From assembly GCA_010356995.1 (NCBI GenBank), contig ML996692.1:1189933-1253932 (forward strand): a DNA stretch of 64,000 nucleotides, read 5' to 3'. The position numbers were made by a program, and so were the translations under genes. This DNA comes from Trichodelitschia bisporula. Lineage: Eukaryota. Shown one piece after another: positions 49,523 to 63,455 of this stretch. Within the stretch, counting starts at the first letter, position 1. The number at the start of each line of letters is the position of its first letter. The notes below the pieces were generated by a model that saw nothing but the letters and a program-made list of their open reading frames with translations, was not told the origin of the DNA and ran no database searches.

Positions 49523-50182
49523 TTTATGGCTCCGGTGTTTGAGGGGGAGTGGGGTGGGGGGGGGGGGTAGGCGCCTTTGTAGGTTTGGAGCAAACAGTGA
49601 CGCAGATGGCGGATGATGGCCGCGGGGTGCAAACGGCGGATGGTGTCAGAGGATGGGTGCGGAGCGCGGCGACCTGTGTGATGCTTTTATATGCATGGTT
49701 GGGCGGGGACAAACGTGGGCCAGTGCCCCACGCTGCCGGCTGAGGGCATGGCTGCGTGCTGCTCACTGGGCATAGCGCGGCTGCCAGCTATTTGCGTGCG
49801 GCACTGCTAGCCTTGCGGGTGCTGGGGCCGTGGTACGAGCGGGTGTGAATGAGGTGCGGGACAGGTGTAGGTGTGTTGCTGAGCGGAGGGTATTCGAAGA
49901 TGAGGGACGGGGAGCAAACTGGGTCCGAGGACTGGTGGGAGCAAACACGGATGTTGCCGTAAGCGTCGTATGCGGCGGTCCTGAGGCAGCAAACAGTGGC
50001 GGCTGAGAATGGGATGTATAAACAAGGTTGTGTAACTGGTGGTTGGCGGCTCTGGGCATGGGGTTGAAGATGGAGATCGAGTCTGAAGCGATATATGTAC
50101 GGCGGCAAGGGCCTAAAATAAGGCGTCAACGGAATAGAGCAAACATGGCGGTATTAGAGACTAGATGAAGAATGTTAGCACT

Positions 50183-50680
50183 TGTTGATGAGACTCGGAT
50201 GGATGTGTCTATGGTGCCTTATCTGTCGTTTGGCTTCATTCACTGTGGACGAGAAGTTGGGTGGATCATGTAGTCACACAAACAAGAAAGCACTACTGTA
50301 GAACACAACTTGATGGCGTCCGAGGCTCCAAGGAGAGTATAACAGTCGTTGATGAGCCTCGAAGAACGCGGTAAGCATGTTTATGTTGTCTTGTGTATCT
50401 GTCGTTTGGCTTCATTCACTACAGACGACAAGTTGGGTGGAGTCATATAGCCACACTCAAACAAGAAAGCACCGCCGTAGAGCACGACCTGATGGCGTCC
50501 GAGGCACCAAGGAGAATACTAACAGATGTTGTTGAGACTCGATGGACGCGGTAAATGTTTAGGGAGCCTCATCTGTCCATTGGCTTCATTCACTGTGAAC
50601 GAAAAGATTAGATTGGAATAATCATGTACACCCGTAGTCACAATCAAACAAGGAAGCATTGTTCTAGAAGACATAACATA
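50183..50680. repeat. Three diverged tandem copies of a unit of about 170-180 bp
   Basis: atctgtc..ttggcttcattcact at about 50221, 50397 and 50571; aaacaag(a/g)aagca three times; tgatggcgtccgaggc.ccaaggaga twice. Confidence 0.9.
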
Positions 50681-51303
50681 TGATTATTGGTGGTAAAGAC
50701 TGGCGGAGCAAAGGAATCGGAGGATAGGAAGAGCGGTTTATAGGCACGAAAGAAGTGGAGATGGCGATGGAGATGTCCTGGTTTTTTTCTCGCGGAGGTT
50801 GGGAAGAAGAGGCACGTGACCTTAACCCACCGGTAGCGAATAATGAGGCGGATACTACGGTAGGGAGGGGGGTGAACTTGTCCGACACCCTCCCACCCAT
50901 CACCGAGCCTTCCCACACACACACAGACCCAGACATTCAGCATACCGAGCCTGCAAAGACCACGCCGCTAAGCTTCCTTCACTCCACTCCACTGCTGTGA
51001 CAAGCAAAATCACACCCGCACAACTTTACCACTCTGCTGTACCAGCTTCACAACTCTTCTTTGAGCACCTCACGTCGTTGTCCATCGCTCAACAGTCGTG
51101 ATAAAAGTACGTGCACAACTTCTGCATTCCGCATTCCGTCAACCTCTCCTCCTCCACCACCACCACCACCAACATCCTCCTGTATCGCTATTCTATCCAC
51201 TTTACTAACATCACACTCCGTGCTAGGCTCCATCACGCGTCCATTTATCCACTACTTCTCCCATTTGCAATCCTCCACTGCTCTGCAATATCAACCCTTT
51301 GCA

Positions 51304-51401
51304 ATGGCTCCATCAACTTTTGCCTCAGCTGCTGCAGGAACCACTTCCAACTCTGGTCGCGGAGAGGGCGCCGACGGATGGTGAGTAGCTCCGTACACCA
51401 C

Positions 51402-51495
<94 letters not shown>

Positions 51496-51795
51496 ACCTA
51501 TCTACGTCAAATTTTTCTGTCTTCCACGGGGCGTCGAGCGACTCTTCGTATACGTTCGAAAAGACCGATCCCCGTCTCTGTCCGGCCACTCCTGCTCATC
51601 TCTCGATCCCAGCATCATCCCGCCACCGGCTCATTGATGCAACTTTGCGCTCCCGGTGTGCTAACGTCTGATAGGGCCCGACGTCCAAACGGCGCAACGC
51701 AGACCTTCAGACGCCCGTCTCTCGCCACCGGTACCTCCTCGACCAACCTGAACCAACGCGAGCCGAGTGGCACCCCACAGCAACATCAAGGACAG

Positions 51796-51827
<32 letters not shown>

Positions 51828-54800
51828 ACGCACCTCCAACGACCCCATGCCCGGCGTGTACATTCCACCTCACGTCAGTGCAGCGCGGAACGGTGTCGCC
51901 AGCGAGACGCGATACTCCAAGAACGAGCTGCTCGACGTGTTCAAACATCTGTATGACTCTGATGCCCTGGTCGACGGTTTGCAGGACTTGCAAATTTCCG
52001 GCTCGGAGCCTAATCTGTCCAATGGCGTGGCGGCTGCTTCATGGGGTCGGCGGGACGAGCATAAAGACCAACATCCGGTCGATGTCTGCTGGGACCGCGA
52101 GGGCAGCATGTTGCCGATGGGGTTGACAACTTTGACGGAGGACGAGAAGGACATGTTCGCTCGCTCCGTCAACTCACCGCTAAAGCCCCCAAACCAAGGT
52201 ACGAGCAAGGATGGTACGCCAAAGGATGCCCTTTCGCATCGCAAATCTTCCGTGTCACAAATTCAAAGCAGCCCGAACGCCTTTGGCCTGTCCTCGCCCA
52301 CCACCACGCGGCCCTCTAACCGCCGCCGTGACACTGGGGATGCATATCCTTTTCCGTCAACTGCATCCGCGTCGCCAGCCTCGTCTCGTTTTGTTAGAGA
52401 TGACCTCTCTAACTCCAACGCTGCCGTCCCGCCCCCCGCCCTCCTGCGTCGTCGCACCGACCTAAAGGAAAACCTCAATGTAGAACAGGAGGACCGGGAA
52501 AAGGACAAGGCGAGCGCGCCTGATCCCGTCCCGTTTGGTGGCCTCCGGCGGAGTGCGACTGGCGGTGTTGGCGGCCAAGCGTCACCCTGGGCGGCAGCGC
52601 CTATGGGTGCGTTTGGTAGCTTCGCCCTACCGGCTACTCAGGGCCCCCTCCCTTCACCCTCCATCGAAAAGCGTGCTGGATTTGGGAGCCTGCGCGGCGA
52701 GAGCCGCTTCAAAGGCTTGATGTCGAGAGACACAGGCGATGACGGTAAGAATGTTCGGGCAAAGGAATCTCTTAGCAATATTGGCAAAGACGGCGACGGT
52801 GGCTCCTGGGGTGATTACCGGTCGAACCGTCCAGTAAGCAAGGACAGTGACCCGTTCCCTGACGAAGAGATTCGCAGTGGCAGTGCGGCTCTCGGTGGCG
52901 GCCTGGATACGAGTCCTCCAACTCGCAACTCTGGGCACGAGATTCATGACGATGCCGGCTTTTCCGCATTCGGCATGACAGCTGACACAATTGGCTTTAG
53001 AGACATGATCCATGGTCGCGACGACTTCACGCACCACACGCCTCTTCGTACGAGGGATGGGAATGAACCGATGAGCCCTACCGACACTAACCCGTACCGG
53101 AGCCCTGAGAACGAAAAGCACGATGGTGCTGAACACGAGTCCGAAGAATCCGATATGCACCGTCTTCCTGGGTTAGGGGGGTTCTCTAACGAGCAAGGGC
53201 TGCAGGGTCTCGGCGGATTCGGTGGTGGTATGGGTCGTCCGCCGCCGTACGACATACCTGCTAGCGACCGCAGCCAAACCTCCAGCACTGGACCTGGTCG
53301 TGGAGGATTTCCGAGCCTTAGTGGCCTCGGTGGTCTCCCGGGTCTAGGAAACGCGACTTGGTCTTCCGCCCAGCCCTCGGTTGGGACTCCCACTAGGGAG
53401 CGCGCCCCATATGGTGGTGTGTTTGGCGAGGGGATCTTTAGTTCTGCCGAAATGCAGTCTCCTTCTCTTGCTGGTCTCGGTGGTAGCAACATCTTTGGTC
53501 CTGGAACGGGTCCTGGTTTCGGAGGCGGTGGTAGGAGCAAGATGGGTTCGCTATTCCCCGCAGCCATGCAGGAACAGATGCGCGCTAGTGAACAAGCCAA
53601 ATATGGATCCGAGGAGCAGGCGTTTGATCCGTTTGAGCGCCAAGCCTTCGGCGGCTTTAGGACCACGGTCGGAGGGTTCCCGAACCATCCCTTGGGAACT
53701 GCCGGTCCAGCTCGCGAAACAGACAGCCCATTCCGCACCGGACGGGGCATATTTGACGAAATGATGAACGCGTCGCGGGCTGAAGCCACGGACTCGGGCG
53801 GCAACTACGTTCCCTCCGGCGCCTCTTCGGTCACTGGTCAAACTGCTGTTCCACAAAACGTCCAGGCTGGCCAGCGCCAGTCTTCCAACGTCGCGAGTCC
53901 CGTGTCTAATCAGCCCCCCGCAGCTCAAGTTCGGACTATGGTGATGCCGGACCGCATGCGGTGGATCTACAAAGATCCTCAGGGCAAGACTCAGGGGCCA
54001 TGGTCTGGCCTAGAAATGCATGACTGGTACAAGGCAGGCTTCTTCACACCCGAGCTCCTCATCAAGAAGGTCGAAGATCCGGAGTATGAGCCCCTCGCGC
54101 AGCTCATCCGTCGCATCGGTAACTCCCGCGAGCCCTTCCTGGTTCCTCAGATGGGCGTCCCGCATGAAGCCCCAGCGGGCCAGCCGCGCGGCACCTGGGG
54201 TGCTACGCAGGTGGTGAACCAACCCCCATTTGCCAATAGCTTCCCGAGCTTCGGTACCACCCTCACGGCCGAGCAGCAGAACGCGCTGGAGCGTCGCAAG
54301 CAGGAGGAGCAATATCTCATGGCTCGTCAGAAGGAGCACCTCGCCCAACAGCAGCTCCTGATGAAGATGCAGGGCGGTCCTCAACAGTTGCACCATCACT
54401 CGAGCGCGCACAGCCTGCACAGTCAACCTAGCTTCAGCAGCATCACTTCGCCTGGGGGATACCAGCCTTCGCCCACGCAGCCACCGATTGCTGGTGGCGT
54501 TCAACCTCAACCGGGCTTTTTCGAGGGCGGTTTTCGCCAGGGACCCTTGGGAGGTTTGGGCCCCATTGGTCCAAATGCTGAAATGTTCGCGAGCCTCCGC
54601 CAGGACGAGCTTCCCGGTATGATGGACCGCTTCAACATCAGCCGCGGCCCGCAGATGCCGCATGGCGGTGCCCCTTATACCGAAGCTCAAGGGATCGATC
54701 AGAGCATCCATCAAGCGCAGGTTAACAGCATGCTCAATGATCGCGCTCGCCTCCAACGTGAACAAGCCGAGCAAGACGCGCTGCAGCAACGCCTGCAAGA

Positions 54801-56285
54801 GGATCCTAATGTGCAACTCACTGCCGAGCGCCTAATGCAGTTTCAAGAACTGAGGGCTCATGAGCAGCAGCAAGAATTCCAGTATGAGCAGCAGGGACAA
54901 CTCGAGAAAGAGGCTGCCGCTCAGCAGGACGACACTGCTCCCACCCTCCAGGAGAACGAGGCACCGGCTGGTGTCAAGCTCGAGGAGACGCTGACGCAAC
55001 AAGTCAAGGCTGCACAATCCGCAAAGCAGTCATCAACTCAGGTTTGGACCAAGCTAGATATCAATGTGCAACCCATCCAAGCACCCCCAACGTCTAGCTC
55101 CCCGATGCCTGCGCCGGTGGCTCAGCGCAAGCAAAATGTCGCAGACACCCTTGTTGCTGATTCCCGCTCGCGCTCGCAGACTCCGTCCGTCGACACGCCT
55201 AGCACTTCCATCGCTCCCTGGGCCAAGGAGATCGCCGAAGTCCCGAAGGGACCGTCATTGAAGGAAATCCAGGAAGCAGAGGCGAAGAAGGCCGCGCGCC
55301 AGGAGGAACTTGCCGCCGCGGCGCGTCGTGCGGCTCTGGAAAAGGAACTACTTGCTCAGGCTGCTGCTGCAGTTCCTACCCCGGGTCTCCCGTCAACGTC
55401 CACTTGGGCCAGCTCCCAGGCTGCGGCTAGCCCGGCCCCCGGTGCCTCGGTCTGGAACAGCAAACCGACTCCTAAGGCTGCGACGCACAAGACTCTTCAG
55501 CAGATCCAGAAGGAGGAGGAGGCCAAGAAGCAGCGCCTTGCTGCCGCTGCTGCTGCTGCCGCGGCTACTTCTGCGGCTACTGCCCCTGCCGTAGCCGTTC
55601 CTGCGCTGTCGTCCGGCAAGCGCTACGCTGATCTCGCCAGCAAAACCACGGCTGTTCCTGCTGCCGTTCCTGCTGCCGCTGGCAGCTGGACCACCGTTGG
55701 CAGTGGTGGCAAGGTAAAGACGCCAGGGTTAGCCGCGCCGGCTGGCCCCGCCCGTGCCGTTAGCGGTGGTGTGCCTCTTATGACAGCTGTGGCGAAGCCG
55801 AAACCCGTGTCGCGAAGCACGACGATGGGCACGGCTCAGATTGCGGCGCGGGTGGATGCGCAAGAAGAGTTCAAAAAGTGGGCTACCACCGAACTGCGCT
55901 CGCAGCTGAATAAAGGCATTGAAGGTAATTTCAACCGTCAGAATTAGTCGCGCGTTTGTTAATTCTTGCTGCAGTTGATTCGTTTGTTGAGGTTCTGTTG
56001 TCGATTGGGTCGGACTATGAGGTCATTATGGAGGCTGTCCATGCGTCGTCGAAGACCATTGATAGTCGCCATTTTGCGACTGAGTTCATGCGCCGCCGCA
56101 AGCTTGCGGATAAGGGGATTGCGGATTCGTCGACGAGTGCGGCGCCGGCGCCGGCGAATGCTAATACTGGGGGTTGGAGCGAGGTTGCGAAGAAGGGACC
56201 CACCAGCACTGTCAAGGCGGCGGCGGATGAGTCGACGAATAATTTTAAGGTGGTGCAGCCGAAGAAGAAGGGGGGGAAGCGCTAG
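51304..56285 (+). CDS. GYF-domain protein (Smy2/Syh1/GIGYF-like)
   Basis: WIYKDPQGKTQGPWSGLEMHDWYKAGFF GYF domain; YSKNELL (eIF4E/4EHP-type motif); introns 51381-51674 and 55924-55974. Confidence 0.92.
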
Positions 56286-56671
56286 TCTTGAGGCTTGGAG
56301 CGGTGATCTAGTGTGCGGTGTGGAGTACGTCTATCGTTGATCTCATTGATACGGGCTCTGGCCAAGGTGTGCGCGATGTGGAGAAGGTCACTCATGTGGT
56401 GGCTTGTCGGCCAGCCCTTGCGCCTCTGTGCAATGGTATTCTTGACGGGTGATGGCGGTACGATCATTAATAGGAATGCGAGACGAGTTAAGGATGCGCA
56501 ATTGTCCGTGTTGATGTCAGTGCCAATGGAAGTGCAATACCATACTCCTTACATCCTACAGAACCGAGGTGCAGTATCAAAAGACTACGAATCGACAAGC
56601 ACAAAAAAAAGAACGCCTGGTATCCACTCACTCCTCCCAACGCCACATTATCATCCCATCCCATCCCCCCC

Positions 56672-57388
56672 TCAAGCCATAGTATTCCAAAAATAATTCG
56701 CATAAAAGTACCGCGAAAACTTCTGATCAATGTTGACAACATGCACATCCCCCTTCGTCGGATTACGCACCACTGCCTTGCTATACAAGCCCGTCTCCCG
56801 ATCCGGCTCCACGTCGATATTCAGCATGCGGTAAACCTTCAGCTTGAGCCTGCGTCCGTTAGCCGCGTTTCCCCCTTCATTTCTGCAAAGTACTCACAGA
56901 ATCTCATCCTCCATCCCCTCCCGCGCCTTATCCCCCCCCTCCACACCCTGCTCCTCAACTTCATCCACCGCCTCCCGCGCCCGCGCTATCTCGGCTTCTA
57001 ATCGCTCCCCTTCGATCTCCATCTCGGAGGCCTCCTTCGCGACGCGGAATTTCTCAGTGTCGAGGCGGAGGATTTCGGCGGCGTGGCTGCCGGGGTTGTG
57101 CGCGGAGACAGTGAGCGCGTGGGTGCTTTGCAATGTGCTCAGTTGGCGGTTTAAGGACTTGAGGGCTTGGCGGTGGGAGGTTAGGCGGTGGGAGCGGGTT
57201 GTGTGCAGCGTGGAGAGGGAGTCGCTGATGCGCGTGAGGGAGGATTTGTCCGGTGTTATGGTGAAGTTTTGGATGCAGTTGCGGATTAGCTGTGGTTGTT
57301 AGTTTGGGTTGTTTGGTTTGGTTCTTTTGAGGGGGGGGGGGGGGGGGGGGGGGAAACGTACCACGGAGGGATCTTCGTCGAGGAGCAT
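56672..57388 (-). CDS. spc24: Kinetochore Ndc80 complex subunit Spc24
   Basis: MLLDEDP start; coiled coil; LDTEKFRVAK; LKLKVYR..FYANYFW C-terminus; two introns. Confidence 0.88.
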
Positions 57389-57719
57389 TTTTGCGGTTGT
57401 GGAAGTTGGGTTTGAGGTTTGGAGTTCGGGGTTTAGGTGTTAATGGTTCTGAAAGTCGTGGCGCTTGCGATGCTGTTGTTGACGCCGATGTAAACATGCG
57501 CGGTTGTTAGTCCACCCCGGTCCTGGTCCACGGGCCAACGCGCCACTCCCCCCCCCGGCAGCGGCGCCACACACCTGCGTCACCAGCCCGCGCCACGCGG
57601 ACGACGGTGTGGCGCCAAATCCTGCTGCTTGACTTCATCTCACCACCTCCGCTCCGTTTACCGCACCTATCGTCTTCTCGCCGCAAAGTTGCAAATACAG
57701 AAGAGTTCTAGTTGTTGCC

Positions 57720-58478
<759 letters not shown>

Positions 58479-58874
58479 TGGGGGGTTTGAGAGGGGGGGA
58501 TGGGTGGGGTGATGATGGGATGTGTATGATGAATGGGTGGGGTGGGTGAGCTTATTGCTAGGGTATTGATGTTTCTTTTGCACTGGCTTTGCTATGTTGG
58601 GCACTGAGGCGCTTGTTGATGAAGTTTCGGCTTTAAGATACATGGGAAACACCGCAGTGATCAGACACGCCCAACACGCGAACTCCGTCGGCCACGCCAG
58701 CACTTTAACCAGACTCAGCACCAGCATCAACATGAGCAACCCCCGTACCATCACCCCGGCACCTCAGCGTACTTCCGCATCAACCACGTATGCACGTCCG
58801 ACGTATCCTCCAAACCACCCGCGCGGAACTGTACCGTGGTACCATCCCTGTGGAGCACCCACGTACTGTATGCA

Positions 58875-59460
58875 TGACCAGACTGGCGATACTCGCAAAC
58901 GACAAGCCGTACAAGATAGCGAACATGGTGCTCATAACAGGCTTCCGGAGAAGCGCTCCAAGACTATGGCGTACAGGAGACCGTTCTCTCAAATTATCTA
59001 GTAGCGAGAGTGCGTTGCATGGCCCTAGTTTGTGGGTAAGTATTCGGCATAGATACCAATCTTCACGAAGTCTTTGATGGAGATGGCTAGCTCTGCCGAA
59101 TGCTGGCCCATCAACTAGGACCACACAACTGACTGGCGATTCCAGCGAATTTGGGAAACCGGTCTCCTGCATGTGGTGCTCATAACCGGGTTCCGCAAGA
59201 GCGCTTCACGACTATGGCGTACCGGATACCTTTCTCACGGGTTCTCTGTATCCGAGGGTCCATTGAGTTATCCAGGGTGTGCCTGAACTCCGCGGCGGAG
59301 ATAACCATCCTCGTACTAGTACGGTGAAATCGATACCAGCGGACACTCGAAAGCCGTCCGACCGTAAGGCTTTTATCCTCCGCGCAGAAGCTCCGTTTCA
59401 GATAAAAGTGTCCGTGAGGTAGCGTTGGAGCCGGCCTAGGCCGGTTCTCCGCACCTACAG
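58875..59460 (+). repeat. Diverged direct duplication (period about 250 bp) with a coding-like signature
   Basis: VLITGFRRSAPRLWRTG (about 58927) versus VLITGFRKSASRLWRTG (about 59176), with mostly synonymous differences. Confidence 0.7.
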
Positions 59461-59865
59461 AGCCGATAAGCACCGTTCAAAGGTTCGTTACCGGAACCGA
59501 GAGCGGACGCTAAGGAACTAAGCATCATATATCTCGCACCAGCCTTGCGCATACACCGACGACCGCGATTACGCCCATCACGATATCTTCGATTGCTTGC
59601 GAGAGATCCGAAGTCCGAATTTCCAGAACGAAGACCAGGAAGGCTCGATTCGACTAACTGAAAGCAAAATGATGCCGACCCCAAACCACGCTGTGCACAT
59701 CAAGCTAGAACGACACCTCCATACCCAACCCCAAACAGCGCCGTGGTATCATGCATCCCAAACCCCGTTCCCTAAAAGCTCTAATTTTCCATGCCTTATG
59801 TGCTGAAGCCATCATTATCCGCGGAAAGAAACAATCTGTATCCAAACACTCGCTTCGCCGCGAGC

Positions 59866-61972
59866 TTAAAATGCAAACTGCGACCACACAGCCGCAGCCG
59901 CAGCCGCAGGCAGAGCAATCAACCAGACACTCTGAAGCGTGCTAGGTGCCGCCGCACTCTTCGCGGGTTTACCGCCATCAGGCTTACCGCCATTAGACGG
60001 AGTCCCGCCGGGCGTGGTACTGTTGCCCGAAGACGTAGTGCTATTTATATTAGCCAAGAGAGTCCGGCTTGATCACACTGTTAATGTAAAGGTCCGAAAA
60101 TGGAATCTATAGATAAATATACAACATTGATGAAGGAGTGACGACCTGCGCCAACGCCCCTGAACTTTACTCCACTGCACCATTAGGCGCACTTCACACC
60201 TCTAGAGACACCCCCTTACGTCAATATCGCGGTCCGGGTGGAAGGATGGCCAGGAGGGAAGGTAAAGGTTCAACGAAAAGCAAAACCTACTTGAGCTTGA
60301 GGATCAGTTCTGCCGCGCGCTCAGCTGCAATCATGGTACCAAACTGGATTTGTCAGCGGTGCTCCAAAAACCAAGACGAGACTCTTACCTGAGGGTTCAC
60401 AGTCAGGGGCTCGACGATCGACGCGTCGACGACGTGAATGTTGGTCGTGCCCTTGACTTGGGTGTTGGTATCCACACAGCTGCCAATGCGGCAAGACGAC
60501 GAGAAATGGTTCACTTCGCCACGCGTATACGGCGTCTCGGAGGTGATGTACTTCCGGATGTCCTGCTGGCTCGAGTTGAGAGGCAGATTCAGCGGCTTGA
60601 GAAGGGTCGGGTCCAGGCCCTGAAAGATGCGGAAGATGAAGGTAGCGATGTCCTCCGCGTCCTGCGGGTCGCTGTAGTACACCTCCGGCGACGGGCCGGG
60701 CAGGAGCTTGTCGTTCAAGATGACTTTGCCGCGAGACTTGAGCCCGGAGGTGCCGTACACGTTCAGCGTGATGGTCTGGTTGCTCTTGTAGTCGCCGAAG
60801 CCGGAGGAGTCGATGGTGCCCTGGCAGCCGGCCGAAGTGCCGTCGTTGCGGTCGACGTAGTCCCAGAAAGCGCTCGTTTCCGAAGCAAAGGAGTAGGGCC
60901 CGCTGCGGTGGTTGATGTACTCGTCCGCATCGGCCTTGATCGGGTCCGAGTAGTTCTGCACATAGGACTCAATGGTCGGGCCCTCGAGCTCAACGAAAGT
61001 GTTGGGGTTGTCAAAGAGACCGTCGCCGACGGCATTGTTGTCGATCCAGGCCTGCTTGATATCCAGAACACCGGCGCGGGAGAGGTTGGACTGAATGGCC
61101 TTGTCGCCGATGCCGGAGAACATGAGGATTTGCGGGCTCTGCAGGGCACCGCCGCTGAGGATGACACGGCCGCCGCTGTTCAGCTTGATGGTGTGGACGG
61201 AGCCGTTGACGGGCTTCACTAGGACGCCAGTCGCCGTGTTACCGTCGCGCTCGACACGCTGCACGCGCGTGTACATCTCCAGGTGGAAGTTCGTCCGGTT
61301 TTCGGCCTCCTTGAGGTAAACCCGGGTAGGCCCGCCCCGCTGGCCACCGATGTAGTCAAAAACGGTGCGGCCAAAGGTCCCATTCTTCTCGTCTGGCTGC
61401 TTGTTGAACTGGACTTCCTTGTAGCCGACGCCGTCGACGAGCCACTTGCGGGCAGCCTGGTAGCCCGAATCCAGGTAGAACTTGCCGTCCTGGGAGTAGA
61501 CCTCGCTGGAGGGCAGCTTCTCGTAGCACTTGTCAATGGCGCTCTTCACATCCTTGGCCTTCCAGCCGTCTGGGAAGTAGTTATCGAAGTCCGAGGCCGG
61601 GGGCTGGAAGAACAGCCCCGCGTTGATGGCGCTGGAGCCGCCAACGGTGCAGCCGGTAAAAGCGGCCGCGGAGTCAGTGCACGTCAAGTTGCCCTGATCG
61701 GCAAAGATGGATTTGTACAAGCCGGGGACATCAACGCGGCTGAGATCGGTGCCGTCGAGCCACTTGGGGCGCTGCCGGCCACCAGTGGAGTAGTACGACG
61801 GACCACCGCCTTCGAGAAGCAGTGTCTTCTTGCCTGCTTCACTCATGCGGTTTGAGATGATGAGGCCGGCGGGCCCAGCGCCCACGACAATGACATCCCA
61901 TGTCTCATCCCACGGCGCAGCCAAGACGACAGACGCAATGGCTGCATAAAGTAGCGACAGTGAGGCCCGCAT
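59866..61972 (-). CDS. Cellobiose dehydrogenase-like GMC flavoprotein (AA3_1) lacking a cytochrome domain; short form stops at 60287, spliced form at 59866
   Basis: Signal peptide directly followed by WDVIVVGAGPAG; DVPGL; GGSSAINAGL; NHFSSSCRIG; VVDASI; NPQ. Intron about 60343-60388 and optional intron 60041-60290. Confidence 0.9.
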
Positions 61973-63455
61973 GTTTGGTGATAAGCCGGGGGGCTGAGGG
62001 GATAGAAAGGATCTTCGAGGTGGAGGAGAGGGAGAGAGGGGATTTTGACGTGAGCGAGAAAGAAAATGTCCGACGAAGCACAAGACGACGAGGCATTGGA
62101 TAGGCTATATGTGTAAGTTGGGGTGGGGCCACCGGAACAAGAATACGGAGATCTCCATGACAGGCAGGGGACGGAAAGTGGTAGGCTTAGATGCCAGGCA
62201 CGCCGCAACACCAGGTTGTATGGTTTGTCGATTAGTTCTAGGTCTCACCGTTCGGTACAGGCGTACAGCGCACGCACACTCGGCTTGTGATGATCAGGAC
62301 GCAAGCAGCTAGAACCTTGAAGGCCGCAGGAGGCTCAAAGCCTCCTACAAGGTTGCCTATTCGGAGAGCTGAGAGCGAGGTGCAGGCCAAGCGATGGTGC
62401 ATCAGCAAGATGACCTATTTTTGGCCCCCAACTCGCCGAGCTGCTGGAAAGTGAACAGCGGAGGAGCTTGTTTGTTTGTTTGAGGTTGGACCTTGGCTTC
62501 GGCCTTTCCTTCCAACCAGCCTCATGCTGTGCGCAGCTTGGAAACACGGCAAAGAGCGGGGATGGTTGTACGCGGGGATTGCTGTAAGTCTTCGGGCCAT
62601 TCGATGTCCCTTCCTACCGACTCCTTGAGGACGACACAAGACCGACCTTTGGATGACCGACATCCTTCTAGCCAGAGAGCTGCGTTCCACTATGTTGTCC
62701 GGTCGACACATGCAAAGAGGGGGTTTGCCGGACATTCACGGAACCAAGAGATGATGGGCAAGATTGATGCTTTTCAGGTGTCCAGCAACGGTCGCGGTAT
62801 GCGCCCCACTTCCCAGCCCGTGGCTTTGCAAGCATTTCCCAGGCCGGGGGCCAGTTACGGTAGGGGACCATGTGCTGCCCTGTGCATCCGAGCTAACCAC
62901 CCCAAGAGGAAAGGCGCAGTCCTGTTCAAGTCAAGCCTCCCCCGCTCCCGTTCCCGGCACGGCTTGGCGCGGCGTGGCTTGACCCTACAGCCTTAAAAAG
63001 CGCCTGAATTGGTGCCTGGCGACTTATCTCAACACCAAAAAGAGCTTCGGATGGCACTGTGATCGACGGTCATCAATTGATCGCTCATCTACCGTTCCAT
63101 CGTCCCACTGCTTACAGGACTGCTGCTTCTTTTGTCCTTTGGGAATGTCAGCTTCGACCTTGGCCCTCCTTCCTTTGACTGGAAATTGCTCTCTCGCCAC
63201 ACTGCTCCTGCCGGCGTCCGCGACCACCTCATCCTCATTCCACTACAATACTCCGTAATCTCACGAGAACGCTCCCGGATCCCACGCGCGGTTCTGGAAC
63301 GCAATCTGGTCTTTGGACCTCATTCACTATACGGTATACCCCTCAGCCCAAATCCAGCCACAATCCCGATCCCCCGAGTCCAGACCAAACATCTCGAACA
63401 AAGCAAACGCGTCATGTGCACGTTTTTCGCCTCATACCGGTCTTGACACATGCCT

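Noticed and set aside
50183..50680. CRISPR-like array or C/D snoRNA cluster
   Set aside because: Eukaryotic context with no repeat-spacer structure; TGATGA and CTGA boxes are not conserved across all copies.
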